The position numbers were made by a program, and so were the translations under genes. From Clostridia bacterium (lineage in GTDB: Bacteria; Bacillota; Clostridia; Oscillospirales; CAG-272), in the NCBI GenBank assembly GCA_017473085.1, contig JAFUNF010000012.1:29415-93414 (forward strand): a stretch of 64,000 nucleotides of DNA, in the 5' to 3' direction. The notes under the pieces were generated by a model, which saw only the letters and a program-made list of their open reading frames with translations, ran no database searches and was not told where the DNA came from. Below are positions 29,792-38,924 of this stretch, one piece after another (within the stretch, counting starts at the first letter, position 1; each line of letters starts with the position of its first letter).

Positions 29792-30091
29792 ATGGACATT
29801 AATAAAAAAATTGTTAATTTGTGCAATGAACGTGGTTGGTCTATTTATGAGCTTTCTTTACAGTCAGGCATTACGCAATCGTCTTTAAATTCCATGTTGC
29901 ACAGGGGTAATCCACCTAAAATCGAAAATTTACAATGCATTTGCGAAGCATTTGGAATTACTCTATCTCAATTCTTTCTTGAGGACGAACAGCTTGAAAT
30001 TTTGAGTCAAAGAGAAAAGGAGCTTGTCTCCTTGTTTAGAAGACTTCCTGAAAACAAGCAACAGGCACTAATAGATTTAATCAATAGATAA
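29792..30091 (+). CDS. XRE-family HTH regulator
   Basis: RGWSIYELS..SGITQS.L, ICEAFGITLSQFF. Confidence 0.88.
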   Translation: MDINKKIVNLCNERGWSIYELSLQSGITQSSLNSMLHRGNPPKIENLQCICEAFGITLSQFFLEDEQLEILSQREKELVSLFRRLPENKQQALIDLINR

Positions 30092-30127
30092 GATAAAAGG
30101 TCTCCAAATTGGAGACCTTTTATCTTA
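30089..30127. terminator. Bidirectional terminator
   Basis: TAAGATAAAAGGTCTCCA-AAT-TGGAGACCTTTTATCTTA. Confidence 0.8.
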
Positions 30128-30605
30128 GTCTTATGATTTTACCACAGGCGATTTTAGTGCCTGAATTTCCAGAGGGTTGGGTTTTGAAATCGTCTGGATT
30201 TTTGTGTATTACAATGGTTTTGCCTGCAATTTCTTCAATTGTGTAGCTATTTGTTAGGTATGCTGAAAGGGCGTTTCCATTTGTAGCAAACAATGGTGGC
30301 ATATCTCCTGCGTGGTAAGGATGTGGGCAATTATTTGGGTTATAGTGCGATTTTGTATTGAAAAATGGGTCTTTTTCGTTTCCTGTGCATTCCTCTCCCT
30401 CGTGAATATGAATGGCGAAAATATTATTTGCACAATTCTGTGCTTGCTCTGGTAGTCCAGATACACTGGTAATAACTATTATTCCAAATTGTGTTCTATA
30501 AAAGACGGCTTTTCCTAATATGGAATTATACTCTTGACTTCCCTTTATTATTGCATAGGCATCTGGTTGCTTTCTTAACAAGCTATATAAGCCTTGATTT
30601 CTCAT
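30120..30605 (-). CDS. sodC: Cu/Zn superoxide dismutase family protein
   Basis: HIHE, HYNP, HPYHAGDMP and IVIH..PDDF..QPSGNSG.KIACG motifs. Confidence 0.85.
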   Translation of the reverse strand: MRNQGLYSLLRKQPDAYAIIKGSQEYNSILGKAVFYRTQFGIIVITSVSGLPEQAQNCANNIFAIHIHEGEECTGNEKDPFFNTKSHYNPNNCPHPYHAGDMPPLFATNGNALSAYLTNSYTIEEIAGKTIVIHKNPDDFKTQPSGNSGTKIACGKIIRLR

Positions 30606-30758
30606 AACTGCTCCTTAGTTAAATTAATATTTATTACAATATATGCTTTTAAGCTAAATTGAGCTATAACTATACTTGCAAATATTCCTTATTCGTGGTA
30701 AAATATTGTAACTATTTCAATACAAAAGTCGTCTTTATAGTTGAAGGGTGGTGTTAAA

Positions 30759-31256
30759 ATGAAATTTTCAAAAATTGTTGCTTCATTTATAGCTGTATTA
30801 ATGCTTATATTCCTTTTTTCCAACTGTAACAAGGAAATGGAATACAATGGAAAAGACATAGTATCTTTGGAATATATCACTGTTGACTTTATGGGTGGAG
30901 CTATGTCTTATAGAAAAATGAACCTTGACAGTGGGGAAATTTACAAAAAGGATTATTACCCCTACGATGAAGGCAATAGCACAGAATATCAGCTAATTCA
31001 TAGGTTTGATGCTTCGAAAAAGCAAGAAATTGTAAATAAGTTTTACAATATTGGCATTTTTGAGCTTGACGAAAAGTACCGTGACGATAGCGTTATGGAC
31101 GGTGGTAGTTGGCAATTGATAATACGATATGCCGACGGTACAGAAAAAAGCTCTAAGGGCATTAATGCAGGTCCCTCTCATTTGTTTACCGATTGCGACT
31201 ATGCCTTTTATGACATCACAGGTGTTGCTTTTTGGGGAAAAGTTCGAGATAGATAA
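30759..31256 (+). CDS. Hypothetical putative lipoprotein
   Basis: Signal peptide ending FSNC; VMDGGSWQL motif. Confidence 0.65.
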   Translation: MKFSKIVASFIAVLMLIFLFSNCNKEMEYNGKDIVSLEYITVDFMGGAMSYRKMNLDSGEIYKKDYYPYDEGNSTEYQLIHRFDASKKQEIVNKFYNIGIFELDEKYRDDSVMDGGSWQLIIRYADGTEKSSKGINAGPSHLFTDCDYAFYDITGVAFWGKVRDR

Positions 31257-31257
31257 T

Positions 31258-31293
31258 ATGAAAAGACTCCGTTTTCAAACGGAGTCTTTTCAT
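31258..31293 (+). terminator. Intrinsic terminator
   Basis: ATGAAAAGACTCCGTTT-TC-AAACGGAGTCTTTTCAT. Confidence 0.75.
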
Positions 31294-31362
31294 ATTAATC
31301 ATTGCAAGTTATATAATTTTGTGTTACACTTGTTTTAGTAAAATTTTTAAGGAGATTTAACT

Positions 31363-32736
31363 TTGAAAAAGGATTTAGCTTGCTTAAGCATGGAAAATAT
31401 TGAAAATTTATTAGAAAACGTAAAAAAGGAAAATCAAAGACTCTCGGCTTCCCTTTGTGACAAGTGCTATTTGACCGATTATTCTCCCTGTGGCGATATT
31501 TGGACAAGTGCCTTGCAAAATGCACTAAACGAGCATGAGATTATTATAATTCCAAAGGGAGAAAAGCCTTATATTATTGACAATTCTATTTTAGTTCCGT
31601 CAAACAGACATATTATTGCAGAGTGTGGTGCTACTATTGAGTTAGCAACGGGCGTGCGTGTGCTTATGGTAAGAAACACAAACACCGAGGACGGCACCCA
31701 CTACCCTATTACCTCCCCAAGAAATGAAAATATTACTATTGAGGGTGGTATTTGGCAGGAATGGTGTCAGCATAGAATGGGCTATGGTTCAAGTGGTATG
31801 TATGACGAAAATCGTAGCTTTTTTGGTGTTTCCACCTGTATGCTACTTGAAAACGTTGAAAACCTTACTCTTAAGAATATGACCTTTAAAAATTGTGGTG
31901 GCTTTGGTGTTCAGTTAGGTGAGGCAAAAAACGTTGTTATTGAGAGCATTACCTTTGAAAAATGCTTTGCCGATGGTATTCACGTAAACGGTAACGTTGA
32001 AAATCTTTACATTAGCGACATAAAGGGGTATGTGGGCGACGATTTAGTTGCTCTTAATATGTTTGACTGGCAAAACTCCTCTATAAATTTTGGCCTTTGC
32101 AAAAATGTAATTGTTCAGGATTTGGAGCTTTCCCTTGATAGTCACTACAAGGCACTAAGAATTGAGCCTGGACTTTACACCTTTAAAAACGGAAAGGTGG
32201 TTGACTGCTCTCTTACAAATGCGATTTTCAGAAGAATCAAGAATATAAAAACCTTTAAGCTATATTGCCAAACTCCTATATATGCACCTAACGAGGAGCC
32301 AGAGCCAACTGATGTTGGTAGTGGTGACAATATCTACTTTGAGGACATAAAAATCGACCTTGACGAGCCCATTGACAAATTTAATGAATACTTAAATGGC
32401 GATAAAACAATTGGCACCTTTGCAGGCTTTGAGCTTGGCTTGAATGTTGGAAATATTTATTTTAAGAATATTGACATTACTCTGCACAGAGATATTTTCC
32501 CTGAGTCCTATCTTATGTGTATTGGACCTAAGTCTATTCGCTTAGAGGACGGATGTGAGGTTTTTGACCCTTATTTTTCCTCGGTGGCTGAAAACGTTTA
32601 TTTTGAAAACGTTACAGTAAATGGAAAAAAGCCTGATGACATATCTCCTTACGTAAAGGAAATTGTCTTTGACAGGCTTTATTCAGATATTGCTTCAAGT
32701 GGAAGTGGAAAAATAAAGAATATTATTTATCGCTAA
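31363..32736 (+). CDS. Right-handed beta-helix (pectin-lyase-like fold) protein, possible CAZyme
   Basis: ALQNAL, NITIEGG.W, ADGIHV and GDDLVALN motifs; repeating N/I pattern. Confidence 0.65.
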   Translation: MKKDLACLSMENIENLLENVKKENQRLSASLCDKCYLTDYSPCGDIWTSALQNALNEHEIIIIPKGEKPYIIDNSILVPSNRHIIAECGATIELATGVRVLMVRNTNTEDGTHYPITSPRNENITIEGGIWQEWCQHRMGYGSSGMYDENRSFFGVSTCMLLENVENLTLKNMTFKNCGGFGVQLGEAKNVVIESITFEKCFADGIHVNGNVENLYISDIKGYVGDDLVALNMFDWQNSSINFGLCKNVIVQDLELSLDSHYKALRIEPGLYTFKNGKVVDCSLTNAIFRRIKNIKTFKLYCQTPIYAPNEEPEPTDVGSGDNIYFEDIKIDLDEPIDKFNEYLNGDKTIGTFAGFELGLNVGNIYFKNIDITLHRDIFPESYLMCIGPKSIRLEDGCEVFDPYFSSVAENVYFENVTVNGKKPDDISPYVKEIVFDRLYSDIASSGSGKIKNIIYR

Positions 32737-33802
32737 ATTTGTGCTTTTCAATAAAATCAATGAAATTGCACCAGCCGTGGCGAGATAGCAAATGTCTTGA
32801 TTGTAAAAGGAAAAATGCAACGTGGCCATCAAGCAGGCGTTGTCCCACAGTAAGCTCGCTCTCTCCACCGATAAGTCCACTAAGTCCCATTCTTTCCCAA
32901 GCTTCTGATGAAGCTAAGGCGCATAGCTGTTGAGATTTTGGGTCTGCCCAGAAATCAAGGCTACAAGCACCTATTATTACGTATCTTGGTGCTATGCTTC
33001 CTATCAAAAAGTGTTGGTCGAAGGTGTCGGGAATATTAGTTTTAGTATATTTTTCATAATTTTTGCAAAACCAATAAGGAAATACTCTGTATATGTCCTC
33101 GATTAGCTCTCCTGTTAGTCGAGGATTTTCTTTTTTGTAAAAGCCACTATTGCCACGATACAAGGCATCTCCTGAACAGCCTGTTGCGTTGGAATAAACG
33201 AACCTTATTCTTTCGTCAAGCATAGCTGTATATAGTGCAGTTTTTCCAAGTCGGGAGTGACCTGCTATTCCTATATTGTTGGGGTCAGTGCCCTCTAAGG
33301 TAAGGGCGTAATCTAAAACACGCATATTTGCCCAAGCCCACATAGCAATTTTGCCACAGTCAGTTTCCTTTTGTTGTCCGTTAGGCAAAAGGAGTGGTGC
33401 TATACCATTTGAAAAATCTCCATTGTCGCTTGTTATGTCCTCATAGCAATAGCAAAGGAAATTTACGTCCTTCTCTGTCATTTCCTCTAATGCAAAATAT
33501 CTTGATGCGTACATTGGGTGGAAATTATTAAAAAGAATAAGTGGACGCTTTTTGTTATCGGTATGTAGGAGTCGGTCAACTCTTATGCTATGGCTTTTTT
33601 CTCCTACTGTTATTGTAAGAGTAACATAGGAATGCTCAACTGTGCCACAGGCAAATTCGCCATAAACAGAAATAGGCTCTGATACTGAAATCGAATATTC
33701 AACATTTGGTAAATAGCCGTATTCCTCTCTTTGTAAAATTTCTATCATTTCCTCTCTTGTTGGAAGAGGTGGTAAATTTCTTTTTTTAAGCTCGTTTTTC
33801 AT
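32723..33802 (-). CDS. CE15/glucuronoyl-esterase-like alpha/beta hydrolase
   Basis: AMWAW, GHSRLGK, YWF, DQHFL..IAPR and WADP motifs; start moved to ATG 33802. Confidence 0.75.
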   Translation of the reverse strand: MKNELKKRNLPPLPTREEMIEILQREEYGYLPNVEYSISVSEPISVYGEFACGTVEHSYVTLTITVGEKSHSIRVDRLLHTDNKKRPLILFNNFHPMYASRYFALEEMTEKDVNFLCYCYEDITSDNGDFSNGIAPLLLPNGQQKETDCGKIAMWAWANMRVLDYALTLEGTDPNNIGIAGHSRLGKTALYTAMLDERIRFVYSNATGCSGDALYRGNSGFYKKENPRLTGELIEDIYRVFPYWFCKNYEKYTKTNIPDTFDQHFLIGSIAPRYVIIGACSLDFWADPKSQQLCALASSEAWERMGLSGLIGGESELTVGQRLLDGHVAFFLLQSRHLLSRHGWCNFIDFIEKHKFSDK

Positions 33803-33932
33803 TTTGTCCTCTCGTTTCCTTTGATGAAAATATTGTAGCACTTATTTTCATAATTGTCAATTTATAATTGCGCTATTGATATTCATAATTGAATGTGGTA
33901 TAATTTGGGTAGATTTTTTTTGCGAGGTGCTT

Positions 33933-35288
33933 ATGGTTAATTACGAAAAATATGGGCTTGCGCCCTTTGGACCTGTGCCAAATTACAGACAAATTGAATG
34001 GCTGGAAAGAGAAAGAACAGTATTCTTTCATTTCGGTATGAATACCTTTACAGATAAGGAATGGGGCGACGGCACTGAAAGTCCATTGGATTTCAACCCT
34101 ACTGAATTAGACGTTGAGCAATGGATTAGGGCTATTAAGGATGGTGGCTTTAGGTGTGCTATTCTAACGGCTAAGCACCACGATGGCTTTTGCCTATGGC
34201 CCACAAAATATACGGAGCATTCTATTAAAAATTCTCCTTACAAGAATGGCAAGGGCGATATTGTAAGAGAGTTTGTAGATGCTTGCAAAAAATACGGAAT
34301 TAAGGCAGGCTTGTACCTTTCCCCTTGGGACAGACACGAGCGTACCTGGGGTAGTGACTCCTACAACGATTTTTACGTAGGACAGCTTACCGAGCTTATG
34401 ACAGGCTATGGGGAGCTTTGGGAGCTTTGGTGGGACGGCGCAGGTAGCACAGAGGCGGTTTATGATTGGGAAAGATGGGCTAAGGTTGTTAGCACCTATC
34501 AGCCTAATGCAGTAGTTTTCGGCTCACTTGGTGCAACCCCTTGGGTTGACGTCCGTTGGGTTGGCAATGAAAGTGGCTTTGCAGGTAAGCCCTGCTATTC
34601 TACAATAGACCCCTCTTCTCTAATTTACGAATACACAAACGAGCTCAACTCGGGTAAAATCGGTGGAGAAAGATTTATTCCTGCCGAGGTTGACGTTTCT
34701 ATTCGTCCAGGTTGGTTTTATCACGAAAGCGAGGACGATAAGGTACGCACTCCTGAAAATTTGCTTGACATTTGGTTTAAATCAAACGGTAGCAACGCAG
34801 GACTTTTGCTCAATTTACCACCTGATAGGCGTGGCTTAATTCACGAAAACGACGTTTTGTCCCTAAAGGAGTTTAACAAGCGACTTTCTCACGCACTTGA
34901 AAACAATCTTGCAAGGGGTACTGTGTATGCAAGTAGCGAAAGATTAGGCTGTGAGGCTAAGAATCTTATAAGCGAGGACAAAAGCCTTGTATATGCTCCA
35001 CTTGATACGGATTTAACTCCTGAAATTACAATTGAGCTTGATAAGGAAATTAAGCTAAACGCATTTATGCTTCGTGAGGAAATAGCACTTGGTCAAAGGG
35101 TTACAGGCTATGAGCTTAGTGCCCTGATAAACGGAGAATTTCAGACACTTGCCAAGGGAAAATGCATTGGTAATCGCCTTTGCGAAAGAGTCGAGCCTGT
35201 ATCCACAAGCGTTGTTAAAATTAAGATTACCTCTGCCCTTCAGGTACCAATTTTGAAGGAGCTGGGATTATACTATTTTGAGGATTGA
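33933..35288 (+). CDS. GH29 alpha-L-fucosidase
   Basis: FHFGMNTF, TAKHHDGFCLWPT, YLSPWD, WDGA, RWVGNESG and IRPGWFYH motifs. Confidence 0.92.
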   Translation: MVNYEKYGLAPFGPVPNYRQIEWLERERTVFFHFGMNTFTDKEWGDGTESPLDFNPTELDVEQWIRAIKDGGFRCAILTAKHHDGFCLWPTKYTEHSIKNSPYKNGKGDIVREFVDACKKYGIKAGLYLSPWDRHERTWGSDSYNDFYVGQLTELMTGYGELWELWWDGAGSTEAVYDWERWAKVVSTYQPNAVVFGSLGATPWVDVRWVGNESGFAGKPCYSTIDPSSLIYEYTNELNSGKIGGERFIPAEVDVSIRPGWFYHESEDDKVRTPENLLDIWFKSNGSNAGLLLNLPPDRRGLIHENDVLSLKEFNKRLSHALENNLARGTVYASSERLGCEAKNLISEDKSLVYAPLDTDLTPEITIELDKEIKLNAFMLREEIALGQRVTGYELSALINGEFQTLAKGKCIGNRLCERVEPVSTSVVKIKITSALQVPILKELGLYYFED

Positions 35289-35295
35289 TAGAATT

Positions 35296-35922
35296 ATGAA
35301 CAAGAGATATAAATATCCAAGAACCTGTCATTTGCCCTTTTCACAGGGTGCAACTGACGACGATAAAATACTTACCTCTACCCAGCATTTTTACGGTAAA
35401 GAGGTTGTAGTAACCGAAAAAATGGACGGAGAAAATACTACTATTTACAATGACCATTGCCACGCAAGAAGCACAGACAGTAAGCACAAGGGCTACCACT
35501 CCTGGCTCCTTAGCACCATTCCTATGTTTCAGCATCAAATTCCCGACGGCTGGAGAATTTGTGGGGAATACCTTTATGCAAAGCACTCTATCGGCTATGA
35601 TAATTTACCATCTTACTTTATGGTTTTCTCTATTTGGACCGAGGAAAATGAGTGTCTTAGCTGGGACGATATGACCGATATTTGCAAGGATATGGGGCTT
35701 GAGGTTGTTCCCTTTATTTACAGAGGAATTTACGACGATGCTACAATTAAAAGGTTAGCCGAGGAAACTGTAAAAAGAGGTGGCGAGGGAATTGTCGTTC
35801 GCTTAGCCGATGGCTTTAAATATGAGGACTTCCCTGTTTCTATTGCAAAATACGTAAGAAAAAATCACGTTCAAACAGACTCCAATTGGGGCGCTGTTAT
35901 CGAAAAAAATGGATTGAAATAA
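35296..35922 (+). CDS. RNA ligase family protein
   Basis: KYPRTCHLP, motif I TEKMDGEN, HARS, CGEYLYAKHSI, EGIVVR, KYVR. Confidence 0.85.
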   Translation: MNKRYKYPRTCHLPFSQGATDDDKILTSTQHFYGKEVVVTEKMDGENTTIYNDHCHARSTDSKHKGYHSWLLSTIPMFQHQIPDGWRICGEYLYAKHSIGYDNLPSYFMVFSIWTEENECLSWDDMTDICKDMGLEVVPFIYRGIYDDATIKRLAEETVKRGGEGIVVRLADGFKYEDFPVSIAKYVRKNHVQTDSNWGAVIEKNGLK

Positions 35923-35952
35923 AAAGCTCGGCAGACAAGCCGAGCATTTTTT
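35921..35952. terminator. Bidirectional terminator
   Basis: AAAAAGCTCGGC..GCCGAGCATTTTTT. Confidence 0.75.
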
Positions 35953-36338
35953 TATTTTAGCTTTGAGTAGGTTTTTTGTGTGAATTTTTCGTTGAAAACT
36001 ACAAATCTTTGGTGGTTGGCTTCGCCGATTAGACCGCATTCGTCGTATGCCTTGATTTCAAAGGCAATGCATCTGCCATCTACCTTAGTAACAACGGATT
36101 CTGCCCAAGCCTTCATACCAACTGGGGTTGCACTTAAGTGCTTTACCTCTATAAGTGTGCCAACTGTTCCACTGCCCTGTTCAAGATAAGGAGTTAGGGA
36201 TTTATAGGCACACTCCTCCATTAGTGCTACCATACGGGGAGTTGCAAGCACCTCTAATTCTCCACTACCAAAGACCTTGGCTGTGTCGTTTTGGGTAACT
36301 GTTATTTCAATTTTATTTGTTAAGCCTTCAGTTATCAT
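35952..36338 (-). CDS. Hotdog thioesterase, fluoroacetyl-CoA thioesterase (FlK)-like
   Basis: GSG.LEVLATP..VALME, TVGT..H..ATPVG, IG...H.R. Confidence 0.85.
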   Translation of the reverse strand: MITEGLTNKIEITVTQNDTAKVFGSGELEVLATPRMVALMEECAYKSLTPYLEQGSGTVGTLIEVKHLSATPVGMKAWAESVVTKVDGRCIAFEIKAYDECGLIGEANHQRFVVFNEKFTQKTYSKLK

Positions 36339-36999
36339 CCTGACCCTCCTCGTCCAAAATTTGTTTAATTAGCCTTCTTGTCCTTACGTGTCTATACTTC
36401 AAAAGCTTGTGTGCCAAGAAAAGAATTGCTTGAACAGGCACACCTATAAAGAAGATTGGCCAGAAGGTATATGCGTTTGGTATAGATGTAAAGAAAACTA
36501 AATTCAGGTAGATACTACCAAGAAGCGTCCATGCAACAACTGACGATATAACAAAGTTAGCAATCCAATGGAAAATGGGTCTGCCAAATAGCAAAACTAC
36601 AATACAGGAAACGGGTATTGCCCACACAAAAATAATCCAAAGTGGGTTTGTACCGTTTGTTACTGTTTCGTGTATAAAGTATAGCACAGTAGCAATAAGC
36701 CATACTGACACGCCTGCAATTGCACATAGCCAGGCATTATATGCCTTAGCATCCTTTTCTGTAATGTGGTCCTCTTTAACCTTTGCTTCCTCTTCACCAA
36801 TCAGGTCATTCATAGTAATGCCGTAAAATTGGCAAAGCTCATAGAGTACGTTTAAATCAGGCAAGGTATCACCCTTTTCCCAACGGGAAATAGCCTTATC
36901 GGAATAATTTAATTTTTCTGCCAAATCTGCTTGAGTAAGTCCCTTTTGCTTACGAAGGGAGCCAAGATTTTTGGCAACCTGTGATTTTATATCTTTCAT
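36328..36999 (-). CDS. XRE HTH regulator with four C-terminal TM helices
   Basis: LTQADLAEKLNYSDKAISRWEKG; start moved to ATG 36999. Confidence 0.85.
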   Translation of the reverse strand: MKDIKSQVAKNLGSLRKQKGLTQADLAEKLNYSDKAISRWEKGDTLPDLNVLYELCQFYGITMNDLIGEEEAKVKEDHITEKDAKAYNAWLCAIAGVSVWLIATVLYFIHETVTNGTNPLWIIFVWAIPVSCIVVLLFGRPIFHWIANFVISSVVAWTLLGSIYLNLVFFTSIPNAYTFWPIFFIGVPVQAILFLAHKLLKYRHVRTRRLIKQILDEEGQDDN

Positions 37000-37152
37000 A
37001 ATTATCTGTCCTTTATTAGTCTTAGCTCCCTTTTTTCGACAAATTTGCGAGGGAGTGTCTGTTTTTTTAGGGTGTATTTGAAAAATTTGAAAATCCATAC
37101 TTTTTCTATATTTTAGCATATATATTATAAAAAGTCAAGGTTTTTCTGTAAT

Positions 37153-37167
37153 TCTACAATTTGTAGA
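37153..37167. promoter_or_regulatory. TCTAC-N5-GTAGA palindrome, candidate operator
   Basis: TCTACAATTTGTAGA between divergent genes; same arms as 18822-18836. Confidence 0.45.
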
Positions 37168-37315
37168 GTGGTTTTTCTACTTTTTTGGGGGCTGAGAATT
37201 TTTTCTTTAGACTCTAAAAACAGTTCTGTCCTTTACTTTTTGTGTCTCCTTTGCTAAAATATGGGTGTCATTATGGCACGAAATGGTGCCTACCTACACT
37301 AACAAGGAGGAAATC

Positions 37316-38101
37316 GTGGACAAGAGAAAGGTTATCTATTACGAGGACGAATTAAACGACGAATTTTCTGTTACGCAAATTACGCCTAAGAAGATTGACG
37401 AGAATTACGTTTACTACAATCCCTCAATATGGAAAAGAATTACTCACTTCTTTTGGTATAGAGTTGTCTTTACTCCTATTGCCTTCTTCCATACTAAGCT
37501 TGTGCTACACCACAAGATAGTAAACAAGAAGCTACTTAAGAAGTTCAAGAATACAGGCTACTTTATTTATGGCAATCACACAAATGATATTGGCGATGCC
37601 TTTATGCCTAATATGTTGAACATTCCTAAGGACAATTATATGATTGTTCATCCTAACAACGTATCTATGCCCTTCCTTGGAAGAATTACTCCATCCTTGG
37701 GTGCTATTCCCTTGCCTGAGGGTAAAACCGCTTACAAAAACTTCACTGCTTGTATTGAAAAAAGAATTAAGGAAAAATGCTGTATTGTTATTTATCCTGA
37801 GGCTCATATCTGGCCCTACTACACTAAGATAAGACCCTTTACAGACGTTTCCTTTGCTTATCCATTAAAGTTAGACGTTCCGACCTTCTGCTTTACTAAC
37901 ACCTATCAAAAGAGGCGTTTTTCCAAAAAGCCTAAGATTGTAACATATATTGACGGTCCATTTTATCCAAACACCGACCTTAATCCCAAGGAGCAAAGAA
38001 AGCACCTTCGTGAGCAGGTTTATGAGTGTATGTGTGACAGAGCGAAAAACTCAAATGTTGAGGTTATTAAGTATGTAAAAAAGGAAATTAGAGATGATTA
38101 A
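37316..38101 (+). CDS. PlsC-like lysophospholipid acyltransferase
   Basis: NHT...D and IYPEAHIWPY motifs; GTG start after AAGGAGG. Confidence 0.82.
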   Translation: MDKRKVIYYEDELNDEFSVTQITPKKIDENYVYYNPSIWKRITHFFWYRVVFTPIAFFHTKLVLHHKIVNKKLLKKFKNTGYFIYGNHTNDIGDAFMPNMLNIPKDNYMIVHPNNVSMPFLGRITPSLGAIPLPEGKTAYKNFTACIEKRIKEKCCIVIYPEAHIWPYYTKIRPFTDVSFAYPLKLDVPTFCFTNTYQKRRFSKKPKIVTYIDGPFYPNTDLNPKEQRKHLREQVYECMCDRAKNSNVEVIKYVKKEIRDD

Positions 38102-38924
38102 TATTTTATATTGCGGAAACTACAAGGTTTTTGATGGCATGCTGACCGCTTCCTTGTCTATTCTCAAAAGAAGCGCGTGTGACGAGCCGATTACCTTCCA
38201 CATTTTCACAATGGACGTGTCCCACTTGAAGGAGGACTATTTACCAGTTAATGAAAATCAGCTTAAATTCTTTAATGACGTTATCAAGGAATACAATCCT
38301 GAAAACAATGCTGTTTTAGTTGACGTAACTCCGTATTACAAGGAATACTTTGCAGGTTGTCCAAACGAGAATGCCTACTGCTCTCCTTACACGTTAATAA
38401 GACTATTTGCAGACCTTGTTGATATGCCAGATAAGGTGCTTTACCTTGATTGTGACCTTTTGTTTAACAAGGATATTCACTTGCTTTATGATAAGGACTT
38501 AGAGGACTATGAATACTTTGCCTCAAGAGACCATTATGGTAAATTTCTTATTTATCCCAACTACATTAATGCAGGCGTTATTTTATTTAATATGAAGAAA
38601 TGCAAGGAAACAGGTCTTTTCCAAAAGGCACGCGAGTGGATACAGAAAAAGAAGCTTGTTTTCGCAGACCAAAGTGCTATAATTCGTTCCACAACGAAGA
38701 GACGAGTGCTTTCACAACGCTTTAACGACCAGAAATTCTTATACAAAAATACGGTTATTCGTCATTTTTCAAAGAGACTTTTCTGGCTTCCATACCCACA
38801 CACAGAAAACATTAAGCAATGGCACGTAAGTCGCGTGCATAAGGTTTTCAAGTATTATAATTTTGACGATATTCTTTTTGAATATATATATTTGAAGGAA
38901 AAATTTTTGAGGGAGTTCAAATAA
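38094..38924 (+). CDS. GT8 glycosyltransferase
   Basis: RLF, LYLDCD, YINAGV and DQS motifs. Confidence 0.85.
   Translation: MINILYCGNYKVFDGMLTASLSILKRSACDEPITFHIFTMDVSHLKEDYLPVNENQLKFFNDVIKEYNPENNAVLVDVTPYYKEYFAGCPNENAYCSPYTLIRLFADLVDMPDKVLYLDCDLLFNKDIHLLYDKDLEDYEYFASRDHYGKFLIYPNYINAGVILFNMKKCKETGLFQKAREWIQKKKLVFADQSAIIRSTTKRRVLSQRFNDQKFLYKNTVIRHFSKRLFWLPYPHTENIKQWHVSRVHKVFKYYNFDDILFEYIYLKEKFLREFK

Noticed and set aside
37259-37300. Riboswitch in the acyltransferase leader (alternative GTGTCA/TGGCAC and GGCAC/GTGCC stems)
   Set aside because: Short stems, no recognisable aptamer and no terminator
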